A stretch of DNA of 64,000 bases from an uncultured Bacteroides sp. (GTDB lineage Bacteria; Bacteroidota; Bacteroidia; Bacteroidales; JACABE01). The stretch covers positions 40,655 to 104,654 of the forward strand of contig CAZWKQ010000005.1 in the NCBI GenBank assembly GCA_964634005.1. The letters are read 5' to 3'. This document shows positions 44,326-54,382 of the stretch, piece after piece. Positions within the stretch are counted from its first letter, which is position 1; each line of letters opens with the position of its first letter. The position numbers were made by a program, and so were the translations under genes. Below the pieces are notes generated by a model. That model was not told where the DNA came from. It saw nothing but the letters and a program-made list of their open reading frames with translations, and ran no database searches.

Positions 44326-45576
44326 TTGGACATTTTTGACAAGATTAGCAAAAACTTTGGCCCGTTAGGTCAATATGCACAAAAAGCTCATGGTTATTAT
44401 ATGTTTCCTAAATTGGAAGGTGAAATTTCCAACAGAATGATTTTTAGAGGTAAGGAACGTTTGGTGTGGAGTTTGAACAATTATTTAGGTTTAGCAAATA
44501 TGCCCGAAGTAAGGGAAATAGACACGAAAGCCGCAAAAGAATGGGGCTTGGCCTACCCTATGGGTGCCAGAATGATGTCGGGGCAAACAAAATACCACGA
44601 ACAACTTGAAAACGAACTCGCCGATTTTGTAGGTAAAGAAAGTGCATATCTTCTTAATTTTGGCTATCAAGGCATGGTATCAATTATCGATACTTTAGTT
44701 GATAGAAAAGACGTAATTGTTTACGATTCTGAATCTCACGCATGCATTTTGGATGGGATGAGACTTCACATAGGTAAGCGCTTCGTTTTTCCTCATAATA
44801 ACATGGAAAGTTTCGAAAAACAACTTCAGAGAGCAACTAAAGTAGTCGAACAAACCGGAGGTGGTATTTTGGTAATTACAGAAGGAGTTTTCGGAATGAG
44901 CGGCGATATGGGTAATCTGAAAGCTATTACAAGTTTTAAAGAAAAGTACAAATTCAGACTATTAGTTGACGATGCACATGGTTTCGGGACAATGGGAAAA
45001 ACCGGAGCCGGCTCAGGTGAAGCTCAAGGAGTTCAAAATGAAATTGATATTTATTTTGGAACCTTTGCCAAAGCTATGGCCGGTATTGGTGCTTTCGTAG
45101 CAGGTGAAGAGAATGTAATCCGTTATTTGATGTATAATATGAGATCGCAAATTTTTGCGAAATCGCTCCCTATGCCGCTGGTTATTGGTTCTTTAAAACG
45201 ACTGGAGTTAATTCGCAGTCGCCCCGAACTCCGCGAAAAACTATGGACGATTGTAAATGCTTTGCAAAATGGCCTTAAAGAAAGAGGTTTCAATATAGGT
45301 AATACTCAATCTCCTGTAACACCTGTATTTCTCTCGGGAAGTGTTCCGGAAGCAACGCAGTTAACTTTTGATTTAAGGGAAAACTACAATATTTTCTGTT
45401 CAATTGTTGCTTATCCTGTAGTCCCGAAAGGAACAATTATCATAAGGTTAATCCCTACAGCAGTTCATACTATTGAAGATGTGGAATATACTCTTAATGC
45501 TTTTTCTGAAATTAAACATAAGCTCGACTCAGGAGAATATGCAAAAAGTGATATGGTTGATGCTTCTGTTTGGTAA
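44326..45576 (+). CDS. PLP-dependent alpha-oxoamine synthase family enzyme (Kbl / BioF / serine-palmitoyltransferase-like). The substrate is not determinable from sequence.
   Basis: NNYLGLANMPEV, DDAHGFG and a GTFAKA lysine region are present. It has a TTG start, and a TAGTTTTG -7 box lies at 44274-44281. Confidence 0.8.
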   Translation: MDIFDKISKNFGPLGQYAQKAHGYYMFPKLEGEISNRMIFRGKERLVWSLNNYLGLANMPEVREIDTKAAKEWGLAYPMGARMMSGQTKYHEQLENELADFVGKESAYLLNFGYQGMVSIIDTLVDRKDVIVYDSESHACILDGMRLHIGKRFVFPHNNMESFEKQLQRATKVVEQTGGGILVITEGVFGMSGDMGNLKAITSFKEKYKFRLLVDDAHGFGTMGKTGAGSGEAQGVQNEIDIYFGTFAKAMAGIGAFVAGEENVIRYLMYNMRSQIFAKSLPMPLVIGSLKRLELIRSRPELREKLWTIVNALQNGLKERGFNIGNTQSPVTPVFLSGSVPEATQLTFDLRENYNIFCSIVAYPVVPKGTIIIRLIPTAVHTIEDVEYTLNAFSEIKHKLDSGEYAKSDMVDASVW

Positions 45577-46686
45577 TTAACTTTGACTATTATTACTTTT
45601 CCTTTTCTCAAAATGTATTGAATCGCCCCACTCACCATAACCTATTTCGTCACCTGCTATATGTATACGAGCTTCAAGACAGTTTTTGCACTCGCTTGCT
45701 TCTTCGTCAATACATGGTTTATCTTCATAAAGTAAATAATTTTCTCTGTATTTAACCGGAGTTAAATTAGGCATTATTATATTGCTTCCGACTTTCAAAG
45801 CTTTTTCTCTACCCATCTTATCGAGAGTTTGCATAGCGGTGGTTGCGGCTATATTAATATCTTTCATTATTATTCTTAATAATGCCACCATTTTTAGTGA
45901 CAACTCAAATCTTTCTTGCTTTGAAATCAGCAAATTGCGATATTTGTATAATGGAGTATCTTCATGCTCGATATAAGGTCCCATACCGGCCATATCAATA
46001 TCGAACTCTTTAAAAAATATTAAATCATCTGCAAGATCTTCAATGGTTTGAAACGGTAATCCTATCATTACTCCTGACCCTACCTGATAATCAAGCTTCC
46101 TCAATAATTCTAACGATTTCAAACGAGTATTATAACTATGCAGTTCATTATCGGGGTGAAGTTTTTTATATAACGCGGGATTTGAAGTTTCAATTCTTAG
46201 CAAATACCTCCTCACCCCTGCTTCTTCTTTCCATTTCCTATATGTATCTTCGCTTTGTTCGCCTAATGATAAAGTAATACCCATTTCATTATTAGTAAGC
46301 TTGTTTATCTTAATTAAAAGTTGGGTAATTTGATCTACAAATCTTTTATTACTTCTTTCACCGGCTTGTATTACCAATGATGCATATTTATTTTCATAAG
46401 CATATTTAACTGCTTCTAAAACTTCATCTTCGGTAACATAATAACGCTTTAACTTTTTGTTTCCGCTTCTTATCCCGCAATAATAACAATTTTTTGCACA
46501 AATATTAGAAAACTCAATCAAACCCCTAAAGTAAACTTTATTACCTACATATTTCTTTTTAATCTCGGCAGCTTTGGCAAAAAGTTTTTTCTTGTCTTCA
46601 CCTTGGCAAGATAATAATTCCACCAATTCAGCCTTATTAAAACTATCTTTTTCAAGCAATTTATCTATGTTATTTTTTTCAACCAT
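45577..46686 (-). CDS. hydE: [FeFe]-hydrogenase maturase HydE (radical SAM).
   Basis: CAKNCYYCGIRSGNKKLKRY (CX3CX2C), followed by a BioB/HydE-like fold. It lies in an operon with hydF. Confidence 0.8.
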   Translation of the reverse strand: MVEKNNIDKLLEKDSFNKAELVELLSCQGEDKKKLFAKAAEIKKKYVGNKVYFRGLIEFSNICAKNCYYCGIRSGNKKLKRYYVTEDEVLEAVKYAYENKYASLVIQAGERSNKRFVDQITQLLIKINKLTNNEMGITLSLGEQSEDTYRKWKEEAGVRRYLLRIETSNPALYKKLHPDNELHSYNTRLKSLELLRKLDYQVGSGVMIGLPFQTIEDLADDLIFFKEFDIDMAGMGPYIEHEDTPLYKYRNLLISKQERFELSLKMVALLRIIMKDINIAATTAMQTLDKMGREKALKVGSNIIMPNLTPVKYRENYLLYEDKPCIDEEASECKNCLEARIHIAGDEIGYGEWGDSIHFEKRKSNNSQS

Positions 46687-46720
46687 AACTTTGGCATTTT
46701 ATTAATTTTAAATGTCAACA

Positions 46721-47005
46721 TTAAATTGCCATCACAAAACCCGGGATTTTTCTAATTTTTTCGTATAAATTATTCATCAACAGCTCCGATTCAACATTCA
46801 ATAAGATAGTATAACTGAAATAGTTCATACTTTTACTTTGGTTGACTTGTATTTCATTGTAATTCAAGCCGGCATCTTCAATTGCAATTCCAATATGAGT
46901 TCTATTTACAACATCAGGAAAAGTATTATTCATAATTACCTTCAAATTAATATTGACAGGATAATTTATTTTTGCACCACAAAAATTTTGTTCTTTTATG
47001 TTCAT
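46721..47005 (-). CDS. Small DUF493/YbeD-like (ACT-like fold) protein.
   Basis: YPVNINLKVIMNN ... NQSKSMNYFSYTILLNVESELLMNNLYEKIRKIPGFVMAI fits the DUF493 pattern. A TM1266-type hydrogenase-system regulator is an alternative assignment. Confidence 0.55.
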   Translation of the reverse strand: MNIKEQNFCGAKINYPVNINLKVIMNNTFPDVVNRTHIGIAIEDAGLNYNEIQVNQSKSMNYFSYTILLNVESELLMNNLYEKIRKIPGFVMAI

Positions 47006-47019
47006 ATATAATAATTTAA

Positions 47020-48249
47020 CTATAAATAATCTTCAGATAATTCGGTATTTTTTGTAAAGGGCGCAATAGCTCTATTGTAAATACCATGCATATAAGCTAT
47101 AGCCATGCCATAATTTGTAACAGGTATCCCTGCATCGACGGCAGCTTTTAATCTACTGATAATTTGCTTTTTAGTCAAAACACACCCACCGCATTGAATA
47201 ACAATTGCGTAGTCGTTTATGCTTCTTGGCAAAGAGCCTAATCCAGCTACTACGTCAAACTCGAGATTTTTACCTGTATAATTTGAAAGCCATCTGGGTA
47301 TTTTCATTCTTCCAATATCATCACACGATACGTGGTGAGTACAAGACTCTAATATCAATACCCTGTCACCCTCCTTGAGCTTTGAAATAAAAGGCGTCCC
47401 TTTAATATAATTATTGAAATCGCCCCTTTGACGGGCTAATAAAATGCTGAAACTTGTCAATGGGATGTCTTTTGGAATAGATGCATCAGCCTTTAAAAAA
47501 ACCTGACTGTCGGTAATGACAAGCTTGGGTTTGGGTTGCATTTTTTTAAAATATGAATCAACCTCCCTCTCTTTACAAACTACGGCAATTCCATCATTAT
47601 CCAAAATATCTCTTATTGCCTGAACCTGCGGCAAAATCATTCTCCCCTCGGGGGCTTCAATATCAATTGGAGTTATCAGCAAAACGGTATCTCCGTAATT
47701 AATCAAATCGCCTACTAACGACTTTGACAGATAAGCAGATTCGGGCATTCTATTTAAAATAGATGAAATTATCTTTTCTTTGTTTGCCTGATTAAATATA
47801 CTGAATGAAATGATATCCGTTTTATATTCCTGCTGCAATTGCTTCATTAAATTATCAGATAATTCAGTTATATCACTTTTATTGTGAATAATAATAAATG
47901 GCACAGAAAAGTCATTGAATGCCGAAATTAAATCTTTCTCTTCATTAGTAAAGTCATTGTTTGTAATAACAAGCAATGCAAAATCAATATGTTTTAAAAC
48001 TTCTTTTGTTTTTGCAACTCTCTTTTTGCCTAATTCGCCTATATCGTCAATTCCAGCAGTATCAATCAATATTACAGGCCCAAGGCCTGCTATTTCGATT
48101 GATTTTTTAACAGGATCGGTTGTAGTACCGGCGTAATCCGAAACAATAGCGACATCCTGTCCTGCAAGAGCATTAATTATAGAACTTTTCCCGTTATTAC
48201 GCTTGCCAAAAATTCCTATATGCGGTTTATTTTCTTTGCCTTTAATCAT
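47020..48249 (-). CDS. hydF: [FeFe]-hydrogenase maturation GTPase HydF.
   Basis: The GTPase motifs are GKRNNGKSSIINAL, DTAGIDD and NKSD. The C-terminal cluster motifs are CTHH...CGGC. Confidence 0.85.
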   Translation of the reverse strand: MIKGKENKPHIGIFGKRNNGKSSIINALAGQDVAIVSDYAGTTTDPVKKSIEIAGLGPVILIDTAGIDDIGELGKKRVAKTKEVLKHIDFALLVITNNDFTNEEKDLISAFNDFSVPFIIIHNKSDITELSDNLMKQLQQEYKTDIISFSIFNQANKEKIISSILNRMPESAYLSKSLVGDLINYGDTVLLITPIDIEAPEGRMILPQVQAIRDILDNDGIAVVCKEREVDSYFKKMQPKPKLVITDSQVFLKADASIPKDIPLTSFSILLARQRGDFNNYIKGTPFISKLKEGDRVLILESCTHHVSCDDIGRMKIPRWLSNYTGKNLEFDVVAGLGSLPRSINDYAIVIQCGGCVLTKKQIISRLKAAVDAGIPVTNYGMAIAYMHGIYNRAIAPFTKNTELSEDYL

Positions 48250-48264
48250 GTTTAGTTTTATTCA

Positions 48265-49710
48265 TCAATAATTGATAATATCTTCGATTGAAAACCCAGT
48301 TTTAAGTAAGTTTTCCGGTTTAAGAATATTCTCTAATCTATTTTCATCTATGTATTTCAAAATCCTGTTAGCTTCAAATACATCAATATTATTATTTTTC
48401 ATCAATTTAGCAATCTCCGAAGCTTTATTATAACCAATATATACTGATAAAGCTGTTGTTATCGCAGGACTTCTGAATAGTCGTTCTTTAGATATTGAAG
48501 GATTAATCTTTAAATTATCAAATATATTATTTGTTATTGTTTTATCGCAAGAAATCAGGAGTTGAATACTTTCTAACAAGCAATTTCCTATTAAAGGCAG
48601 ATAAGCGTTAAGCTCCAGACAACCTCTTGCCGATAATGAAGTTATAATAATATCATTTGCATAAATTTTTTGAGCTGCACTAATAACAAATTCAGGAATT
48701 ACCGGATTGACTTTTGCGGGCATAATAGAGCTTCCAACTTGTTTTTGAGGTAACTCAATTTCATGCGATCCATTCAAATCTGAAGCCAACAATCGCAAAT
48801 CGGAACACATTTTTTCCAAATTAGCAGCATGCGACTTGATAGTTGCGTGAATTTCAACAAAACTGTCAAGATTATTTGTAGCATCGGTAAGATTTTCGCT
48901 TCTTGTAACCGGTAATTTGGTAATATTTTGCAAATGTGAAACAACTTCCATAATAAAAAATCGAGGAACTCCGATACCTGTTCCTACAGCACTACCTCCA
49001 AGATTGACAACTTTTATTCTTTCGAAACATTTTGAAACTCTCCACCAATCACGCGAGAGAGCTTCGCTGTAAGAACTGAAAAGCTTGCCATATGACGTAG
49101 GTACTGCCTCCTGCATTTGAGTATAAGCTATTCTTAACTCATTTCTGTAACGGCTTTCATATTTTTCAACATTAGAACGCAATGTATTTATTGATTTTTC
49201 CAGTTCGTTGAGCAAATGCATTGTTGCTACTTTTAATGAAGTAGGTATTACATCATTTGTACTTTGATAAATATTAGCATGTTCAATAGGGTCGATTATT
49301 GAGTAATTCCCGGGCAAATGGCCTAATTTCTTCAAAGCAACATTGGCAATTATTTCATTTATATTCAAATTTATGCTTGTTCCTGCACCTCCTTGTATAG
49401 CCGGAACTATAAAACTATCGTAGTGCATACCGTTTGCAACTTCGGTTGCTGCTTCTATCAATGAATTTAAAATATTATCAGGAATTAGATTTATAGGTAA
49501 ATCGACATTGGCATACTTTTTACCTATTGCTTTTTTAAAGCTCTTGTAAGTATAATAACAGGCCAATTTTACTTCTCCGACAGAACGGTACCATCGGTTG
49601 TTGAATAGAGTGTTGTCGGGAAAATTTTCCCTTGCTCTTACTGAATGTATCCCGTAAAGAGCATCGTCAGGAATTTCAATTTTTCCTATAAAATCTATTT
49701 CTTCCCTCAT
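48265..49710 (-). CDS. Aspartate ammonia-lyase / class II fumarase family protein.
   Basis: The GSSIMPAKVNP signature, TNDVIPTS and an N-terminal DALYGIHSVRARENF are present. Confidence 0.8.
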   Translation of the reverse strand: MREEIDFIGKIEIPDDALYGIHSVRARENFPDNTLFNNRWYRSVGEVKLACYYTYKSFKKAIGKKYANVDLPINLIPDNILNSLIEAATEVANGMHYDSFIVPAIQGGAGTSINLNINEIIANVALKKLGHLPGNYSIIDPIEHANIYQSTNDVIPTSLKVATMHLLNELEKSINTLRSNVEKYESRYRNELRIAYTQMQEAVPTSYGKLFSSYSEALSRDWWRVSKCFERIKVVNLGGSAVGTGIGVPRFFIMEVVSHLQNITKLPVTRSENLTDATNNLDSFVEIHATIKSHAANLEKMCSDLRLLASDLNGSHEIELPQKQVGSSIMPAKVNPVIPEFVISAAQKIYANDIIITSLSARGCLELNAYLPLIGNCLLESIQLLISCDKTITNNIFDNLKINPSISKERLFRSPAITTALSVYIGYNKASEIAKLMKNNNIDVFEANRILKYIDENRLENILKPENLLKTGFSIEDIINY

Positions 49711-49871
49711 ACAATATTTTAATACATTTTAACAAACAAAGTTAATCTTTTGTTTTTAAACAACAATAGATAGTATTATTTCAAACAACAATCAAGTTGC
49801 AAGTTTTAAAAATGAGTTATTGATAAAATTTTTTGTGTATGTTTGTATATGATTATTTAAGCCGATTTCCG

Positions 49872-51164
49872 ATGGAAGAGAAATATGTTATTTTCTGGTT
49901 TAGACGCGATTTGAGATTGAATGATAATAAAGGATTATATCATGCATTGAATAGTGGATTTAAAGTTATTCCTCTTTATATTTTCGACGATTTATATTTT
50001 TCAAAATTTTCGATCTCAAATCTTAAGGTTGATTTTATAAACCATTATTTATCCGAAATTAATAAAAGCTTAAAAATATATAATACAGAACTGATTATAA
50101 AAAAAGGAAACATTATCGATGTATTTGATCAACTATTTCAGCAATACCGAATTAATGCAATTTATGCAAATCATGATTACGAACCATATTCAATAAAAAC
50201 AGATAGTGAAATTAGCAAATATTTTATAAACAAAGGCGTTGAATACAACACATATAAAGACCACGTTATTTTCGAAAAAAATGAAATTACAAAAGCAGAC
50301 GGTAAGCCTTATTCGGTATTTACTCCATACAAAAACAACTGGCTCAAAAGTTTCAAAAAAGAGTTTCTTTTTAAATATGATTCAGAAAACTTTTTGCATA
50401 ATTTCTTGACTATTAAGGCTAATCAAAATGATTTAATAATAGAAAACTCTAAAAATAATTTTCCTGATAAATCAATTTCAATAGAATTAATAAAAAATTA
50501 TCATAAAACACGCGATTACCCTGCTATTCCGACAAGTCTAATAGGGGTTCATCTAAGATACGGGACTGTAAGTATAAGAGATATGGTTGAAATTGCCCTT
50601 AAATACAATGAAACATTGCTAAATGAATTAATATGGAGAGAGTTCTTTATGCAAATATTATTTCACTACCCGTTTGTCGAAAACAGATCATTTAAAAAGA
50701 ATTATGATAACATTAAATGGAGAAACAATGAAAAGGAATTTGAACTTTGGTGTAAAGGTGAAACAGGTTATTCCATTGTTGATGCAGGAATGAGAGAATT
50801 GAACGAGACAGGTTTTATGCATAACAGAGTAAGAATGATTACTGCAAGTTTTTTGTGCAAACATCTTCTTATCGACTGGCGTTGGGGTGAAGCTTATTTT
50901 GCCGAGAAACTGCTTGATTATGAATTATCGGCAAATAACGGCAATTGGCAATGGTCTTCAGGAAGCGGTTGCGATTCAGTTCCTTATTTTAGAATTTTTA
51001 ATCCATATAATCAGATTTTAAAATTCGACCCCAATTATGAATATATTAAAAAATGGGTACCGGAGTATAATTCAATAAATTACAAACCTATTGTTGAACA
51101 CAATTTTGCAAGAGAACGCTGCTTAAAAGCTTATAAAGAAATATTAAATGAAAATATTACATAA
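49872..51164 (+). CDS. Deoxyribodipyrimidine photolyase / cryptochrome family protein.
   Basis: VIFWFRRDLRLNDNKGLYHAL, WREFF and NGNWQWSSGSGCDSVPYFRIFNP are present. I preferred the ATG at 49872. Confidence 0.85.
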   Translation: MEEKYVIFWFRRDLRLNDNKGLYHALNSGFKVIPLYIFDDLYFSKFSISNLKVDFINHYLSEINKSLKIYNTELIIKKGNIIDVFDQLFQQYRINAIYANHDYEPYSIKTDSEISKYFINKGVEYNTYKDHVIFEKNEITKADGKPYSVFTPYKNNWLKSFKKEFLFKYDSENFLHNFLTIKANQNDLIIENSKNNFPDKSISIELIKNYHKTRDYPAIPTSLIGVHLRYGTVSIRDMVEIALKYNETLLNELIWREFFMQILFHYPFVENRSFKKNYDNIKWRNNEKEFELWCKGETGYSIVDAGMRELNETGFMHNRVRMITASFLCKHLLIDWRWGEAYFAEKLLDYELSANNGNWQWSSGSGCDSVPYFRIFNPYNQILKFDPNYEYIKKWVPEYNSINYKPIVEHNFARERCLKAYKEILNENIT

Positions 51165-51189
51165 CTTTTATAAATACTCAAATAGTTTC

Positions 51190-53649
51190 ATGACAAAGTT
51201 TTTCACAATATTATTAATAATTAACGGATTCTTTTTTTCTATCAAAGCACAAACTATTGATACAACTTTTGTAAATCGTAATTACAGCGTTGATTTTTTT
51301 AAAAACCGCTATCTTCATAATAACTTTGAGCAATTTGCCGACAATTATCATGATTTTATTATATATCAAATAGAAACTACCGGCGATTTCTCATCACCCG
51401 ATCAATATGTATTTTCGATAAATGGCGGCAGCTATAAATGGAATAATTATAAATACAATAACTTTAAAATAAATGACCTTTTCTTTTCAGGAAATAGTTT
51501 ACATAAATTACAAATGTATGAAAACGATGTAAGTATTGATATTTACAACTCATCGGTAATTTTTAATCCAAGATTAAACTCAAATTCAAATGTTTTATTT
51601 CAATGGAACCACGGAACTCTTGGCGACAGAATACCAAATGCCGACAAAATAATAAATGAAATTACAGGGCATGTTTCTCCTTACGAAAGGCTGCTTAAAC
51701 CTATTGAATACAGGAGAAAAGTTAAAAATAACTTTCTGTTGAATATTAACAATAATTTTAAAATTAATAATCGAAGCTATTTTCAAAATATTTATCTAAA
51801 TTCGGGACAAAGAATGCTTACAGATTTCGATTACAGTGGAATAAGCAGCTATTATCCCGAAAACTATTTACAATTTCATATTAATGGTAATCTTCCAAGC
51901 ATTTCGAAAAAAATATTCGACGATAATTTTTACCTTTTTTCATATAACAACAGAGATAATTTATACGGTGAGTTTTACTATAATAAAAATGAAACGGCAA
52001 AATTAAACAGTTTTAATCTATCTGTTTTTGGTGTAAAAAATCAAAATTATACAACAGGATTAAATTTTTCTGCAAAAAGTATTATTCACAATAGTTTAAA
52101 TTTTTCAAGGAATTTTGCCGATATCGATGGCGAAGGATTTGAACCTTGGTTCACCGATGGGAAATCGCTTGAAATTGAATTCTATCATAATCAAGTTTAT
52201 AAATTGACAGATAAAATTGGTTTGTCAGCAGAACTTTCTAACGGATTAATCAATTTTTCACCAAAATACAACAATAGTTATAACACAATTTACTATCAAA
52301 CAAACGCTTCTGATTTTACTCCGCTTTATTATATCGAAAGCAAACACAGTTCTTTTAACAGTACTCTGCATGATAATAGTCTGGGGTTAACTATGAAAAA
52401 CATTTTCTTTAGAAATAAGCTGAATATTAATGGAATATTCAATTTTACAATCGATGGATTTACTACCGAAAAAGAAAGCTTTTTAAAGCCTTCATGGGAG
52501 TTGTTTTTTTATTCTAATTTAAAAATATTAAAAAATCTTTCTATAAACATAAATTTTGGGAAGAAGCAGTTACCTTTTGATTTCGAATACATTAAATTTT
52601 TCTCGGGCAATTATATGAGCGGCAAAATTTATTTTTGGAAAGATAACAACGATAATAACTTCACTGAAAATGAAAAAGGGCAGTTTTTCACTACCACAGG
52701 AGGAAATTATCATACTATAAGCCAAAATATGATACAGCCTAATGAAATATTTTTTGATATTCCCATTGAATGGAAGTTAAACTCGAAAAACATTTTTAGT
52801 ATAATAGGACAATACCGCCAGTACCGCGATTTATGGGGTATAGTTTATACAAAAGAACCATACGAGCAAGGATTTTTTATAAACGAAAATATCAATATTT
52901 ACAAAGATCAGAAACCTGAAATTAAGCCTGTATATTTCTTGAATAACTGGGAGATTTATTACACAACATCAAATAATTATTCGGAAAATATTAAGAAAGG
53001 GAATAATACAGATAATTGGCTATTCAGCAACCCTTTTTATGCCGGTTCTACTTTCAAATACGAATATCAAAGCAATAAACTTTATATATCGGCTTCAATA
53101 ACGGCATATATGCTTGTAGGGTACGGGTCGATGGGTAACGGGGTGCTGCATAACAACTTAAGTGTTTTATCAGAAAGTATGGCAAATCCGAATTCTTATT
53201 TCTATTATACCGGGCGCCTCGATGCTGACCGTTCGTATATTGGAAGGCTGTTAATATCGTATAAAATTAATGATAAATTAACTACAGCTTTTCAATTTAA
53301 ATATAAAGACGGTCAATCTTTCAATTCTTTCGGAACAAAGATATTTACAGACATAAACGGCAACAATCAAATTGCTATTTGGAACAGTAATGTCAAAGGA
53401 GATAATCCTTTTACCGGACAGCTTTCACGACGTGAGGATTGTTTCTATAATTCAGAAATCAGAATCAAATATTTATTACCTCTTAAAAACAAAAAAATTG
53501 AATTCAACGCTACCGTTTACAACTTACTAGACCTTGGCTTTCAGCTTGCTGAAGCCACTTTTCCGCCAATAACAGACAACGGGAACCGAAAAGTAATTGA
53601 TATTCAAATACCAAGAGGATTTTTAGTTTCTTTGACTTATCAATTCTGA
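51190..53649 (+). CDS. Hypothetical outer-membrane beta-barrel protein.
   Basis: The signal peptide is MTKFFTILLIINGFFFSIKAQ. Composition is rich in N/Y/F with alternating beta patterns, and the protein ends in a terminal aromatic (...LTYQF). Confidence 0.6.
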   Translation: MTKFFTILLIINGFFFSIKAQTIDTTFVNRNYSVDFFKNRYLHNNFEQFADNYHDFIIYQIETTGDFSSPDQYVFSINGGSYKWNNYKYNNFKINDLFFSGNSLHKLQMYENDVSIDIYNSSVIFNPRLNSNSNVLFQWNHGTLGDRIPNADKIINEITGHVSPYERLLKPIEYRRKVKNNFLLNINNNFKINNRSYFQNIYLNSGQRMLTDFDYSGISSYYPENYLQFHINGNLPSISKKIFDDNFYLFSYNNRDNLYGEFYYNKNETAKLNSFNLSVFGVKNQNYTTGLNFSAKSIIHNSLNFSRNFADIDGEGFEPWFTDGKSLEIEFYHNQVYKLTDKIGLSAELSNGLINFSPKYNNSYNTIYYQTNASDFTPLYYIESKHSSFNSTLHDNSLGLTMKNIFFRNKLNINGIFNFTIDGFTTEKESFLKPSWELFFYSNLKILKNLSININFGKKQLPFDFEYIKFFSGNYMSGKIYFWKDNNDNNFTENEKGQFFTTTGGNYHTISQNMIQPNEIFFDIPIEWKLNSKNIFSIIGQYRQYRDLWGIVYTKEPYEQGFFINENINIYKDQKPEIKPVYFLNNWEIYYTTSNNYSENIKKGNNTDNWLFSNPFYAGSTFKYEYQSNKLYISASITAYMLVGYGSMGNGVLHNNLSVLSESMANPNSYFYYTGRLDADRSYIGRLLISYKINDKLTTAFQFKYKDGQSFNSFGTKIFTDINGNNQIAIWNSNVKGDNPFTGQLSRREDCFYNSEIRIKYLLPLKNKKIEFNATVYNLLDLGFQLAEATFPPITDNGNRKVIDIQIPRGFLVSLTYQF

Positions 53650-53668
53650 TATATTTGTGCAAAAATTA

Positions 53669-54382
53669 TTATTTTTTCTTCGAATGCAATCCACATTCTT
53701 TTGATTCGGGATTTTCCCACCACCAGCGCCCTGCTCTTATGTCCTCTCCTTTTTTTATTGCTCTTGTGCAAGGTTGACAGCCTATACTCGGGAAACCCTC
53801 GTCATGAAGTTTATTGTATGGTATATTATTTTGCTTTACAAAACTCCAAACTTGTTCTTCAGTCCAATTAATTAATGGATTAATTTTTATTAACTTATTA
53901 GTATCATCCCATTCTATCAATTTCATCTCTTTGCGAGTAACCGATTGCTCTTTTCTTAATCCGCAAATCCATGCATCAAGTCCCGAAAAGGCTCTTTTTA
54001 AAGGTTCAATTTTTCTGATATTACAACACTCTTTTCTATTTTCGATACTATTATAAAACAAATTGATTCCTTTTTCATTTACCATCTTTTCAACTTCGGA
54101 ATTATCGGGAAAATATATCCGAATATTGATATCGAAAAACAATTTAGTTCTTTCAATTAAACTATAAGTCTCGGGAAATAACCGACCTGTATCTAAAGTG
54201 AAAACTTTAGTATTTTTATCGATTAATGCTATAAAATGCGTAATAATCTGATCTTCTGCACTCATACTCGATGCAAGTGCTATTCTGTTTTTATATTTAT
54301 CGATAAAAAATTTCAGTAATTCAAGAGGTGTTTTGTTTTCAAACTCCTCATTCCATAAATCAATATTCTTCAAAAGCTCCAT
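53669..54382 (-). CDS. cysH: Phosphoadenosine/adenosine phosphosulfate reductase (APS-reductase-type Cys motifs).
   Basis: KECCNIRKIEPL, SIGCQPCT and the C-terminal ECGLH are present. The CC...CxxC set is the Fe-S-type signature of APS reductases. Confidence 0.85.
   Translation of the reverse strand: MELLKNIDLWNEEFENKTPLELLKFFIDKYKNRIALASSMSAEDQIITHFIALIDKNTKVFTLDTGRLFPETYSLIERTKLFFDINIRIYFPDNSEVEKMVNEKGINLFYNSIENRKECCNIRKIEPLKRAFSGLDAWICGLRKEQSVTRKEMKLIEWDDTNKLIKINPLINWTEEQVWSFVKQNNIPYNKLHDEGFPSIGCQPCTRAIKKGEDIRAGRWWWENPESKECGLHSKKK

Noticed and set aside
45570-45976. Small + strand ORFs (45570..45755 and 45782..45976) after the alpha-oxoamine synthase gene.
   Set aside because: They lie antisense within hydE, whose radical SAM motifs are clear on the minus strand.
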